Position numbers and translations under genes: made by a program. The notes beneath the pieces are model-generated. The model was not told the DNA's origin, made no database searches, and was given only the letters and a program-made list of their open reading frames with translations. DNA of 64,000 nucleotides, taken from positions 23,560,001 through 23,624,000 of the forward strand of contig OX597836.1 in NCBI GenBank assembly GCA_951406725.2, read 5' to 3'. The stretch is from Octopus vulgaris. Taxonomy: Eukaryota. Positions 43,274-57,609 of the stretch are shown here, one piece after another (within the stretch, counting starts at the first letter, position 1; every line of letters begins with the position of its first letter).

Positions 43274-43837
43274 CTATCTATCAACACACACACACACACA
43301 CATATATATTCAGAGAATGCGTAATCGATACGTGCTGTTGAGTTAATTACTTGTTTGGAATTAATAAGCGATTCAGTTCCTGACTCCAAGTTTTCTATCT
43401 AAAAGTTGTGTGCATTGCGGCGTTGCATATCAGATAAAGTTTGTATATAATCACACCTGTCTAATTGTGAAACTCTGAGTAAATAATGGACAGATTTACC
43501 AACAGTTTCTCAATATATAACACACCGACAACATTGGATTGAATAGCTTTTCGTTTGTTTCTTAACATAAATTATTTGTGTGTGTGTGTGTGTATATTTG
43601 TGTATGTGTTTATTCTTGTTTGAATTTATATGTGTTAAACACGGTCCCAAACATTAGGAATTCCCGCCGATTCATTATACACACTCAATAAGCTTTATAC
43701 ATAATCAAATTTAATAAAAATGAAAACAAATCATTCCTTGCTACTGACATCCCTGGAATGTTTTTTTTTTTTATCCATCTATCTATCAATCTGTCTGTAT
43801 GTCTGTTCCTCCGTCCGTATGTCCGCCTCTTTATGTG

Positions 43838-43870
<33 letters not shown>

Positions 43871-44006
43871 TTATACATGTATATATAAATATATATATAT
43901 AGTATGTATGTATCTATGTATATATGTATGTATATGAGTGTGTGTGTTTGTGTGTGTATGTTGGCAAACATATTTACATACATGTGCGTATTTATATGTG
44001 TGTACA

Positions 44007-44046
<40 letters not shown>

Positions 44047-44131
44047 AGTGTGTATATATATACAGTGGAAGAAAACGAAATAGTATATTTGTCTATATTA
44101 TGTTATATTCATCTATCTATCTACCTGTCTG

Positions 44132-44244
<113 letters not shown>

Positions 44245-44283
44245 TTATCTATCTTAGTGTATTAATATACATACATACATACA

Positions 44284-44335
<52 letters not shown>

Positions 44336-44494
44336 TACATATATATGTATGTATGTATATGTATGTATATGTATGTATATGTATGCATGTATGTGTGTCT
44401 TTAAATGTACATATATATACATACATATACGTACATATGTATGGCGTTCCAGTATGGCCACAGCCTTTGGGCTGAAGCGTATAAAAGAATAAAA

Positions 44495-44541
<47 letters not shown>

Positions 44542-44618
44542 TACACAAAGATAGATATATAGATGAATATAACATAAGCAATATAGACAAACATACTATT
44601 TCTTACATATATATATAA

Positions 44619-44650
<32 letters not shown>

Positions 44651-44660
44651 GTATATATAA

Positions 44661-44729
<69 letters not shown>

Positions 44730-44787
44730 TAACACACGCATGCACACACTCACACACTCATACACGCACACACACTCATGCACACGT

Positions 44788-44821
<34 letters not shown>

Positions 44822-44854
44822 TCATGTGTAAAGAAATGAAAGTGGTGAACCTAC

Positions 44855-44949
44855 CCGAAATATGCCAGAGAATATGGTAAGAAGGCGAAAAGAGTGCAGA
44901 GTTGCCAGTGGTAATGGGTCCAGATCGGTTCCTTCCTACTTCGGAACAT
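44855..44949 (-). CDS. Wnt9: Wnt9 coding exon 1 (signal peptide)
   Basis: Minus strand ATG at 44949 reads [32 protein letters not shown](G), then donor GG|GTAGGT (phase 2). Basic N-terminus and hydrophobic stretch end in AYFG, matching the Wnt9-subfamily motif AYFGLT..EPL. Joins in frame to the exon at 23170. Confidence 0.88.
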
Positions 44950-45078
44950 GTTTAGCTCTTCCCGGGTTTATCCTCATGACGAATTTTACCTTTCCCTCTT
45001 CTATATGGACACCACTGACGTAAAGCCAACATGGATTGGATCATCAAAGATATTAATGCTTCTCTGGGGATTTGTTTT

Positions 45079-45089
45079 AGTTGTTGTTG

Positions 45090-45121
<32 letters not shown>

Positions 45122-45352
45122 GTTGTTGTTGTTGTTGTTGTTGTTGCTGTTGTTGTTACTGTTGTTGTTATTATTATTATGATTATGATTATGATTATGA
45201 TTATTATTATTATTATTATTGTTGTTGTTGTTGTTGTTATTTTTATGATTATTATTATTATTGTTGTTGTTGTTGTTGTTATTATTATGATTATTATTAT
45301 TATTGTTGTTGTTGTTGTTATTATTATTATTATGATTATGATTATGATTATG

Positions 45353-45396
<44 letters not shown>

Positions 45397-45443
45397 TTGT
45401 TGTTGTTGTTGTTGTTGTTGTTGCTGTTTTTGTTGTTGTTGTT
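45079..45443. repeat. compound (TTG)/(TTA)/(TTATGA) array upstream of the Wnt9 ATG
   Basis: Directly visible; its near edge is ~130 bp upstream of the start codon on the minus strand. Confidence 0.95.
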
Positions 45444-46409
45444 ATGCTTGCACTATTCAATGAGATGGTGCGTGCAAAGGGAGCCGTGACTGGACCCTTG
45501 GCTGATATTGTTTGTTATCGTGTGTCTTCTCTTAATAATAACAGTGATTTTGTTCTTCTTTCAAGTGGAATCAGAACTCCTCTATAAATCGTCGTAGTAG
45601 CAATAGTAAATGGTATTGTTTACATTATTATTGTTGTTTTTTGTCTCTGTTGTTTGTGGTGATGTTTGGTGTGCATGCGTGGTGCATGCGTGAAGTTACT
45701 ATCGCTCCTTTCGCAGGACCCTTTTGTCTCTGCCCTTACATATGTTGCGTTAGGAATTGCAAGTGTGTCTACGTTCTCCTGCTTTTAGTTGCAATTTTTA
45801 TTGTTTATGTAGACACGTGAAGAAGTGTATATGTCTCTGTGAATGCGCCGAAGTTTTCTCTCGATTATTTTTGTCTTTATTCTTACCATTTTGTTGCCGA
45901 TGTACGTGTCGTGGAATTCCATTTATATGTACAAATATAAATATAAATACAGTAATTTACATCCCATGCCTGCTTTGTGCTTGTCGTTTCATTTCCCGCC
46001 GGTATTTCTCGAAAGTTTATCAATGGATTCGCTCAGATAATTACTCTTTCAATTAACTCAGGAAATATTCCATTATGTATCAATCTCTTGAATGTATTCA
46101 TTGATATTATTGTTGTCATGTATATGTTTCCGTTTTGATTTTTTGCTTTGTCTTGATGTATAAATATTACATTTTTATGTCCGTATATGTGTGTGTATGC
46201 GTGTGCGTATGTGTATTGTGTGTGCACGTATGTGTGTAGGTATGAACCGATGTGAACTTGTAACCACATCGACTTGTTATGGGTCTCCAGTTTTCTTCAA
46301 ATCATTAATGATTCATGCTACGACTTGGTCAGTTTGTTAATAAACAGAGTTTGAACGAAAGGGGAAAACAAAGTAAAACGAGCAAACACACATATACACA
46401 GACACGCGC

Positions 46410-46454
<45 letters not shown>

Positions 46455-46653
46455 TATACACACACACACGCACACACACTCACACACGCACACACACAAT
46501 AACATAACACGAATTAACCAGCACGCGTGCGATTGTGGCCGCTGTATTTGGCATTATGTGAAATGGGGGTGGGCCAATTTGGGCTCTTCCTCCTTTATCC
46601 TCATCCTGCGCCTCTTTCACTATTTAGATATTTTGACAAATTCGCGTGTTTAA

Positions 46654-46698
<45 letters not shown>

Positions 46699-47045
46699 TC
46701 ACTCACACACACACACACACACACGCTCGCACACTCAAAGAACCCATACACATATAACCATGGAAAATAGTTAGACCCAAATTATTGTTAGTTTTTAGCA
46801 AGTTATGAGAATGCGTTTAAGGCATACCGGCATTTATATATATATATATATATTCTCCCCACTTTCTGCAATTTTTCTTCAGAACCTATCCCAGCAAAAT
46901 ACCAGCAGGATTTAGTTCCGTTATTTGACGTTGTGAGTTCGAATCTGACTGAGGTAAAACCTTGCCTTTTCATCCTTTCAGAGTCCAACATAAATATCGG
47001 TCACATGTTCTAAACCGATTTAATCAAGTTTTGTCACCAGGTATA

Positions 47046-47084
<39 letters not shown>

Positions 47085-47108
47085 AACTACTATTACCTAC
47101 CTACCTAT

Positions 47109-47142
<34 letters not shown>

Positions 47143-47156
47143 GCATATATATATAT

Positions 47157-47202
<46 letters not shown>

Positions 47203-47304
47203 GCATAGACACATATGTATACAATATATATATATATATATATATATAATAACAATATATAATAACAATATATAATAACAATATATATATATATATATAT
47301 ATAT

Positions 47305-47430
47305 AATGACAATAATTTTAGGATGGAATTTATAGCAATTTTAATGCATCGCTACGCGCGTTTCCATAACGTGCGCAACGATGCATTAAAATGTCTATAA
47401 ATTTCATGCTAGGATTATTGTTGCTATTAT
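47305..47430. repeat. ~55-bp-arm imperfect palindrome
   Basis: caataattttaggatggaatttatag..attttaatgcatcg.tacgcgcgtt-tccat-aacgtgcgcaacgatgcattaaaat..ctataaatttcatgctaggattattg. Confidence 0.8.
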
Positions 47431-47561
47431 TATATTTATCCTACATTATATCGGTACAACTTGATGCGACCCCGAAAACTGGCATCATTTGACGGTGGCC
47501 GGCATAATGGGAGAGCAGCTTTATTTAGGTCCTATCCATTATTCCAGCCTCCGTTGTTTCA

Positions 47562-47870
47562 CTCATTTGAATGCGGCCATGCTGGGGCACGCCTTTAGTC
47601 AAGCAAATCGACCCTTATTCTTTCTGTGCCTAGAACTTATTCTATCCGTTTTGTTTGCCGAACCACTAGATTACGGGGACGGAAACACACACACACACAC
47701 ACACATACGACGGGCTTCTTTCAGTTTCCGTCTACCAAATCCACTCACAAAGCTTTGGTCGGCCCGAGGCTACAGTAGAAGACACTTGCCCAAGGTACCA
47801 TGCAGTAAGACTGAACTCGGAACCATGTGGTTGGTAAGCAAACTACTTACCACACAGCCACTCCAGCGCC
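47562..47870 (-). mobile_element. SINE family A, minus strand, internally shortened
   Basis: Reverse complement of the family-A head and right arm. Confidence 0.85.
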
Positions 47871-48393
47871 TATATATATATACACATATCTATATACATA
47901 CATACACATAAATTTATTTATTTGGCAAAAACAAAATGACCGTCCCGAAATATTAAAACATGCTTCAACTCATGGTTTCACAACAGTAATCTTGCAACAC
48001 AAATTCATAAACACACACACACATTTCGTTTTTTGATTTGGTTTGCAAGATTCTTTATGTGAATTCCTGCATTGAAGCATATTTTATTGTGTCAGGGGAG
48101 AGTCATTGTCTGTGTGTGCATGCATATATATATATGTATGCGTGTGTGTACGTCTGCATGTATGTATTCTGCATATTCATGCGTGGAGTTCATGTTTGTG
48201 TGTTTGTGTATTTGAGCGTGTGTCTTTGTCTCTTTGTGTGTGTGCACTTGTCTGTTCGTATTACCTATCTACCTATCTATCTGTTTACTTATCCATTTGC
48301 CTACGTGTATACATGCATGCATACATACATACATACATACATACATACATACATACATACATACATACATACGTACGTACATACAGACGTACA

Positions 48394-48462
<69 letters not shown>

Positions 48463-48468
48463 AAGATA

Positions 48469-48708
48469 TTTATAAGTCATTTAAGAACACAAAAAAAATA
48501 ATAATCGTTAGATTCACTTCAACATTTAAATTTAAGCTGTGTCAAAATATTTTCGTCGCTTCGAAACCGCAACCTGCTTACGTGCGGTACGAAGTTTTGT
48601 CGCGGTTTCGAAGCGACGAAAATATTTCGACACAGCTTAAATTTAAATGTTGAAGAGAATCTAACGGTTATTATTTTTTTTTTTTTGTGTTCTTAAATGA
48701 CTTATAAA
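48469..48708. repeat. ~105-bp-arm inverted repeat made of two copies of the element seen singly at 42952-43110
   Basis: tttataagtcatttaagaacac...aaaatattttcgtcgcttcgaaaccgc and its complement; (TA)n lies just outside both ends. Confidence 0.92.
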
Positions 48709-48727
48709 CATCATACACGCTGGAATT

Positions 48728-48782
<55 letters not shown>

Positions 48783-48892
48783 AATGTATGTATGTATATA
48801 CGCACACACACATGCATACACACACACACACATATAATAATACGTACAAACGTACACACATCATAATTAAGTACAGGCGCATATATATATAA

Positions 48893-48941
<49 letters not shown>

Positions 48942-49062
48942 TGTGTTTGTGCCAGTTTAAGCTGGTCGGGCTCGGAAGTTCGTTTTCAACTTCATCTTTG
49001 TGTGTCTGACTTTCCTCTCTCTTCCTCCCTCTGTCTCTCTTCTTATCTATCTATCTGTCTGC

Positions 49063-49145
<83 letters not shown>

Positions 49146-51074
49146 CCTATCAGATGTATGAACATATGTAAGGATATGCTTATAGGTTAAGTCTACTCAT
49201 ATATTCATGTTTGTATACATTCTCAATCATGTTTTTTTCGCTTTCTGCTTCTTCTCTAACAAGTAGAAGTCGTGGTCACACTTGTTCACCTCCTGATGCA
49301 TTGCAGCTTATCTTAAACAATTGTATTTCTGTTTTTGTCTTTGTTTTTCAATGTTTTTTATGTTTGTCGTTGGGGAATCTGTAAGTTGTTGGAGCCACCC
49401 CTCCTCTGATTATAACAAATTGCTGGGGAGGGCTGGTATGGGCTGAGGAGAAAGTTATACAATTGCCGCTTAACGTCTTCAACATGAATTATCGCCATTA
49501 ATCTTTACCTTTTTCCTGTTTTAGGTAAAGAATTGGACACCTGGAGCTTTCTGAAAATTCGACTGTTGTATCCTGTAATGGAACCCAATCGTCATCTGAT
49601 GACATTTTCCGGAATTTTCAGTGTATTGTTAATATTATATAAGTTATTTGACTTGAGGTTATGGTGTTCAATGTTGCTTTTTATTTGCTCGGAGTCTAAA
49701 GAATCATCCAAATGCTGTCATCGATACAACCAATTATTGCCTTCCTCCAAAATCTCAGATCTTCTTTTCGTTCCAAGGCCTACTTGAAGTATTACCAAAC
49801 GAATGTCTTTTTGTTTTGTTTTTTTTTTGCTTTCGGAGTACGTACCAATAAGGATTTTACTTTGTTGTGCATTTCTGCATCTGAGCTCCATGGATAGACA
49901 AAATGGAGGAGGGTTTGTCATTGCGCACTTCATACGATGCTTTTCGCCATTTTGCTGATATTTTTACGATATTATATTAACTTGACATACGCAAATAATA
50001 ACATCGAATGAAACAAACCAAATCACACAACGAAATGGGTGACTACAAGATTATAACTAAAAGAAAAACTAATGAATATTTTAATGAATATTTAATAGAA
50101 ATAGGAATAATTTTGAACAGTTTAATAAATATTCTGAGCGAAAACAGTAAGAGCAACAACAACAACAAAAAACTTATACAGAGACAATTATAGAAAGTAT
50201 ACAGTGACAACGTGAAAGTAGCCTGTTGTGCATCTGTCAATTGCACAGATTGGTTTCTGATTTGTAAAAGTCTCAGTAAAATGGCTGGACAAAGTTACTA
50301 GTAAAAGGTCTTTCTGTGACCCCTCCCAATCACCGGGGGTGTCGTGTAAGGGGTGGGGAGCAAGGAGCAAAATAACATAGGTGTGTTTACAGTAGGATGG
50401 CTAGCGTTTCTATCTTTGGTACAAACACCAGCTGGTAGACGTCCTAAACGAATTACTGACAAGTTGAAATAGAAATAGTTGCTTCCAGAGAAATGTAAGA
50501 GTAACGATCAAGGGCAAGGGAAAACAATGCGGTGCTGTAGCTGGTCGTGGAATTTCTATCAGAGTATGGACGAGAGATTATAGCAGGGACGTGGAGAGGC
50601 AATGTGACCGGGAGGGATAGAATAGATTTTAAGTCCTAGTGACCTTCGAATCTCAAAGCCTCTACTGGACAAATGGCATGAAACTGAAAGTGCAAAACCT
50701 TTTGAAAAACAGGAAAGGTTAGAAAATTAGAGGAGAGAAGAAATCATGTGAAAACAGTCGATGCAATAACAAGATTAACTGGGCCCCAGTTTTTAGGGCA
50801 TCATCATTCATGGTTTCGAAATTGGTGGAAGAGGTCCTGGAAACAAGTGAGCGGCACCTCTCTGCCTATAGCGAAATAGCATCATCACTCCATCGTCTCG
50901 TTACGAAGGTAAAATAATGGTTGTAGAGAAAAGTTTCAACCAAAAGTCATTGAAAGAAAAGTAATAAAGAAAAAAAAAGGCCTTTAAAAGGCGAACAACA
51001 AAGAGGGCTGACAAGCATCACTGTCCGCGAAATAGCAATACCGTCACTCTTCAGAATTATAATATTTTCTTTTT

Positions 51075-51381
51075 AAAGTTATCTCTACAGATTTTATATA
51101 GAATGGAAATTAGAGCCAGCACTGATTTGTTACGACCTTTTGCACGCGAATAAGTCTAATGTAAACAATGGGATCTTCTATTTTCTATCTTCGCTTGTAT
51201 TGCTTACATTAGACTTATTCGTGTACGAAACATCGTAACAAACCAGTGCTGGCTCTAATTTCTGTAGAAAAAACCTGTAGAGATACACTTTAACAAGTGA
51301 TTGAATAGCATTGCTAACACAGCATTGACTTACAAAGCCTTTAATATACTTGCTATAGTATATTATGGTTGCATAACGAAA
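51075..51381. mobile_element. fold-back element, unknown family, copy 2
   Basis: tatctctacag..aaattagagccagcactg.tttgttacga..gaataagtctaatgtaa and complement, followed by gctaacacag and tatggttgcataacgaa. Confidence 0.6.
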
Positions 51382-52564
51382 TACGGTGTCCCCACCAGCA
51401 ATTCCTCTGGTATTGATTCTTCTTCTAAGGATTAAAATGAAGTCTATCATGAGGAGGAAGTTTAATTGAGAATTAAACCCCTTTTGAAGATCAAAACAAG
51501 ATCTATCACATATTTGTGGCGCAAGGAGTGTTCCGGTGATGCATTAGAATAAAGGGGATATTCGATAGACAAGATTTGTCAAAATACTAGAAATATTCTA
51601 CTATGAACTAAAATAGATGTACCTTGGATCCACGCAAAACTGACATTTGACACCTTGAAATTTTTGAGGCTGGAGAACGTGTAATGGTGAAAGGGTAGAG
51701 ATGTGGGGTACTTTAGCCCAACTGGCCACTTCCAGTTGAGAAGCCTAAATATTTTTTCATGTGATAACACGTAAAAATATGATTTGTTTAATGATAAATA
51801 TTGCTTTAATTCGCTTTAATTATTCTGTTATAATGTTGCATTTCTGTGTTTGGCAAATGTTAGTAATTTTTTTTTAAATACAAGCCGTTTAATTTCAATC
51901 CAATTTTGTTATGAAGAACTACGTAAAAATTAATTAGAAATCAACGCAGGACTAACAGTAAGAGAATTGTTAGATTATTCAAAACAACAATCCCGTCATC
52001 TGACGAATCATATTGATCATAACAGCGAAACGAGTAGTCCAGATGCTGCAGAATACAAGCAACCAGATGTCACTCGAACACCCAAACTTCTGCTTACATT
52101 TGCAGAAGCACATCAAATACTAATCGGGAAGTCTAATGAGATATTGACAGAACTGATGACAACTACTCAGAGCTAAATCCAACACAGTTTCATAATCATC
52201 CCTTTTGCGGTTTACAAAACCATAAATATTTCCAGAAGAACAGAAGTGATACTGAAAAGGCTGTAGGCATAAATTTCTGATCAACAAAAAGACTACCAAA
52301 GAAGGAGAAAGGAAAGCCTGAATACGGCATGAATTCACTATGAAATATCTTTCGATTGTGTCTCCCATATTTGTGAACCCTCGAGCCTTTAACCAGGGAG
52401 CACCAATAATAAATCAGTTGAACGAAGTTAATTTCCACAAAGTTGCCGACATCATATTATAATTAAATTATAAACTTCAATCACGTTTTCTTTTAATAGT
52501 TGTTGTCATTGGATTAATTTTCGGATTGTATTGACCATATTTTGCCAAATTGATTAATATCTGA

Positions 52565-52928
52565 CTAGTACTATGACCCGGCAACACCGGGTCATAGTGC
52601 TAGTGCATGCATATACAGCTGCGTGCGTGCGCACACACACGCAAGTACTGTCTAAATCTGCGACCAATCACATACAGCTAGCTGGCATTCAATTAGTGTA
52701 TCAAGTTTCGGGCATTTTGATTGGGTTTTGGATAGATAATTCACAAAAAAGTCACTTCTATTAATTTTTTAATGGCTTTGAGGGGTGACTGGGGAAATGT
52801 AAAGATGTGCCAGACCACCCTTGGATGGTTTTGAATGACCATAGAAAGTGCGAGCCCTCTAACTGAAAAATTGTGGATTTGTATAAAGGACACACACGCC
52901 GACATTTTGCCGTTTATATATATAGAGA
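52565..52928 (-). mobile_element. non-autonomous Helitron with palindromic 3' end
   Basis: Minus start A|TCTCTATATATATAAACGGC; 3' end ctagtactatgacccggcaacaccgggtcatagtgctag. Confidence 0.8.
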
Positions 52929-53377
52929 TACCTTAAATACATTTATTTATATAGGTAAATTTGTTTGGATATGAGTATATACGTTAATCAAATTAATTCA
53001 CTGTTTCTGTAATTAGAAAAAAGACGTCAATTTAACAATGTAATTGGGTTAACAAAATGTTGAGGTTAGACAAATTTTATTTAGGCAAATTTTAATTTTC
53101 ATTATCACATTTAATTTATTCGCTTTATTGTAAGAATGAATCCCTGATAACAGATGCAAAGTATTATTAACGCGATTGAAAGTCTGTTCCTGTGTAAGCT
53201 TTTGCAAATAGTAGTGTCATTGCAATATTAATAGTGCATCGGCGACGGATGTCTTTCATAGTCAACAGGTGCACAGCTGTGATGAAACAAGCGCGTGCTT
53301 TGCGACACGAGCTGCCTCAGAAATTTGACAAACAAAATGCTTGTGCTTCGTCTCTCCATCTTTCAACGACAGCGTAC

Positions 53378-53421
<44 letters not shown>

Positions 53422-54047
53422 AAGTAAATACCTATGTTCATATGTGTGCGTGTGTATAGAACAGGGGATATACAAAGGCATGCACATATATATATGCATT
53501 CATACACAAATGTAATTTATATTGAGTTGTAGCTGAAGACATGAATGCACACATGCACATATGCATATACATGTTTAATACATATGCATACGTATATGTT
53601 TAATACATATACATACATATATATATATAGAGAGAGAGATGCACATATGGATGTATGCATACATACATACATATATATATATACACTCACGCACACATAT
53701 ATACATATATACAATGCGTGTATGTATGTGTGTGTGTGTGTGTGTGTGTGCGTGTGTGAGTGTGTGTACGTGTACGTGTGTGTCCGTGTGATTAACTGTG
53801 AGGATGAATAAAATAAAGTGTGTCTGAATAGTGTATGCAGAATGACAAACTTACAATAATAAATAAAAGTTGCAAAATGAATAAATGAAAAGGCGATGAA
53901 ATAATTATACTCCAGCGGATATGTGTAGGGTTGAACGTGACCTGTCTTTCGTCAGGTCGAACGATAAATCTGGCATATATATTTATATATCTACACACAC
54001 ACAGACACAGACACACACAGACACAGACACACAGACACACACACACA

Positions 54048-54079
<32 letters not shown>

Positions 54080-55174
54080 TACACATATGTATATATACAC
54101 ACGCAGACACGCACGCACACACACATACATACATATATGCATGTGTGTGTATATATATATATGCATATATATACATATATATTTAATATAGATACAAACA
54201 CAGATACACTCATACAGAGTGTGTGTGTGTATGTGTGTGTGTGTGTGTGTATGTATGTGCGTGTATGTATGTGTGTAAATGATGGCTTACAGTGTCTGCC
54301 TATTTCTCGCTGAAGGTTACTGGAAGCCATGACCGTTGTCGTTATAGTTTCATACAACACATTGAGAAGATCCCCGTTTAAAATATTGAGAAGATCCCCA
54401 TTTAAAATGGTCCTCCGCAGAAATAGTTTTCAGTCGGAATGTCGTCCGGGTAATGTGAATTAAACATTGTTGCATTTGAAAAATTACATTTCATAACGAG
54501 ATCCCATGACCATCTCTCGTGACTCGAATATATTTGGTCGAGCTGGGACGTATGAAAGGTGAAGTCAACCGTAACAGGATTTAAGATGACATGGTGGACT
54601 GATGAAGCTGAATAGATTTTGGTGTGCTCCCATTTCTCTCACTGAACTACATACATATTTCGACTCCAGCTAATCGTTTAACACGCCATGTAGGCCGCAA
54701 CCCTGCTATTGCATTCTACCTCATATTTACATAAATCTCGATGGCATCTGTTAATTGTTATGGTGTCGATAACGATTTATGTGAGTTAAAAAGAATTAAC
54801 TATTTACATGATAAAACTCGAGATAATCAGTTATATTGATGGGGTAGAACTGTGCAAGATTGAAATTTCATTTAAATAAAAGCAAAGGTTTAAAGCTAAG
54901 CCCTAAGTTACAACAGAATCAATTCAAGTGGATAATGATGAGCCCAGTTGAGGAATAGGGAAGGAGGAGGAGGGCACAACCAGTGGTTTAAGGAAGAGGA
55001 CAGTATTCAAATGACTTTGACGTTTGAACGGAAGAGCTGCTATTCGTGGTTGCTCTTACTCCTCTTATACTGATATTGAGGGAGACTAAATCGTGCTACG
55101 AATTTAACAGTGGCGAGAAAATAAACTTGTTTATGGACACCTTAAGATTATTTGTCAAATATCCAAGAAAGAAG

Positions 55175-55445
55175 GGATTAAACTCCCAATCGAGATAGCA
55201 ACCCAAGCAATGAATAGGGTAACAGCTACAAGTGGCCTGGTATATTGGAGGCGGATGGACTCATCAGTTAAAAAATGAAGGAAAAGATGAGAAATGAATA
55301 CCTCAAGAGAGTAAAAAGGGTGCTCAGCACAAAACTGAATAGAAGAAAAAAGCATCTCTTTAGTAAGCACATGGGCAATCTCTCGAATACGACATTCTGA
55401 AACATCGATTGTAAGATCTGAAAGATAATGTCCATGTACAGGTGG
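55175..55445 (+). mobile_element. R4/Dong-clade RT fragment
   Basis: SYK.PGILEADG...KMKEKMRNEYLKRVKRVLSTKLN....STWAI.RIRHS, resembling the R4 motif YKYLGI.E....EY..R....L...LN..N...AINTWA.P..RYS. Confidence 0.8.
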
Positions 55446-55597
55446 CCACAGTCCAGAGAGAGAGAGTATTTGAGGAAGCCTCAGCTGTGAACTTGGAACC
55501 TAACGGATGACCAATTGTAACACCTAGCGTACTTATTCGTTTAGATCACCAGTGAACTAAACCCTCATATTCTTTATGTATGTGTGTGTGTGTGTAT

Positions 55598-55822
55598 ACT
55601 CTTTTACACTTTTACTTGTTTCAGTCATTTGACTGCGGCTATGCTGGAGCACCGCCTTTAATCGAGCAAATTGACCCCTAGGACTGATTCTTTGTAAGCC
55701 TAGTACTTATTCTATCGATTTCTTTTGCCGAACCGCTAATTTACGGGGACGTAAATGCACCAGCTTCGGTTGTCAAGCAATGGTGGGGGTGGGTGACAAA
55801 CAAGCATACACACACACACACA

Positions 55823-55861
<39 letters not shown>

Positions 55862-56005
55862 GATGGGCTTCTTTCAGTTTCCGTCTACCAAATCCCCTCA
55901 CAAGACTTTGGTCGGTCCGAGGCTCTAGTAGAAGACTCTTGCCCAAGGTACCACGCAGTGGGACTGAACCCGAAACCATGATGCTGATAAGGAAGCTACT
56001 TACCA
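55598..56005 (-). mobile_element. SINE family A, minus strand
   Basis: Reverse complement of the family-A tail, right arm, linker and left arm. Confidence 0.88.
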
Positions 56006-56021
56006 CACACACACACACACA

Positions 56022-56074
<53 letters not shown>

Positions 56075-56076
<2 letters not shown>

Positions 56077-57353
56077 AGGGGGTACCCCCCCCAAAAACCG
56101 AAATTTTGTAATATCATTTTATTCACAAGGGTGGCGAGCTGGCAGAAACGTTAGCACGCCGGGTGAAATGCTTAGCGGTATTTCGCCCGTCTTTACGTTC
56201 AAATTCCGCCGAGGTAGACTTTGCCTTTCATCCTTTCGGGGTAGATAAATTAAGTACCAGTTGCGAACTGGGGGCGATCTAATCGACTGGCCCCCTCCCC
56301 CAAAATTTCGGACCTTGTGCCTAGAGTAGAAAAGAATCATTAGGACGCCAGGCGAAATCCTTGTGGGTATTTCGTCTGCCGTTACGTTCTGAGTTCAAAT
56401 TCCACTGATGTAATCGACTTAATCCCCTTGTCTGTCCTTGTTTGTCCCCTCTATGTTTAGCCCCTGTGGGCAATAAAGAAATATATATTTTATTCACTTA
56501 GTTTTACAAGTTTACACTTTTATCGCCTTCAAAGAATTCTCCATTTGAAGCAATGCATCGGTCCAGACACGTTTTTCACTGTTCGAAGCAGTCCTGGAAC
56601 TGTTGCAATGTGATGCCTTTTAACGACTCCGTCATTTCTTCCCTCGCCTTTTCCACATTTGCAAATTCCGTAGCACAGGCTTTCGTCACTTGTGGTGACC
56701 TTCGATAAAAGGTCCGGCTCAATTTCCAGCTGTTCTTTCAGTCCATGATATACTTTCATTCGTGACAGCTTTTGATCTTCCTTGAGCAAGCAAGGCACAA
56801 ATATTACTGCAACTATGTTCATTCGCAATTTCTCGCTTAAAATTCGTTGGCAGGAGCTCCAGGACACACCGGTCATATCAACAAGTTCGTCAATTGTTCT
56901 GTGACGGTCCTCCAAGATCAGTTCACGAATTTTCATGATTTCATTCGTTCGGGAGGTGGACGGACTCCCTGAACGAGGTTAGTCTTCAAGCGACAAGTGA
57001 CCATTCCTAAAGCGGGAAAACCACTCGTAAACTTCTTGTCTTTTGCTCATCTTAGCGACCTTGTAAACTGTTTGAAGGATGACAACTGTTTCAGCAGCCA
57101 TTTTCCCCAGCAGAAAACAGAATTTCACGGAAGCACGCCGTTCCTTTGTTTCAGGCATCGCAAAAATCGACGAACAGGGGAGAAACACTGCAAAACAAAG
57201 ACGCATCACTTGACAGTAGGCCTACACTCGACGATGCCAGTCAGCACACTGATGCCTGTGGGTTGCATCAAGTGACTTCTAACGGCAGAAGCCTGAACTA
57301 CTATGGGCTTGTCCCACAGAGAACGTTTCCGGTTACTTTTGGGTACCCCCTTA
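56075..57353 (-). mobile_element. mariner element with both TIRs, internally deleted transposase pseudogene, embedded in (TA)n
   Basis: Degenerate TIRs aagggggtaccc...aaccg at both ends. Reads [23 protein letters not shown]...VYEWFSRFRNG, RTIDELVDMTGVSWSSCQRILSEKL, VTTSDESLCYG and C-terminal LDRCIASNGEFFEGD; most of the DDD domain is missing. Confidence 0.92.
56127..56486 (+). mobile_element. compound SINE family B insertion nested in the mariner, 11-bp TSD
   Basis: attttattcac at 56116-26 and 56487-97; two family-B units with different tails. Confidence 0.85.
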
Positions 57354-57383
57354 TATATATAATATATATACATATATATAAAT

Positions 57384-57485
<102 letters not shown>

Positions 57486-57497
57486 ATATACATATAT

Positions 57498-57609
<112 letters not shown>

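Noticed and set aside
45077-45460. Poly-Asn/Thr ORF on the minus strand and poly-Tyr/Cys/Ile/Val ORFs on the plus strand
   Set aside because: Pure trinucleotide repeat; the minus ORF starts at TTG and stops at the array edge, so it is not continuous with Wnt9.
49530-49950. Possible decayed transposon ORF on the minus strand
   Set aside because: No diagnostic motif; multiple stops in the frames examined.
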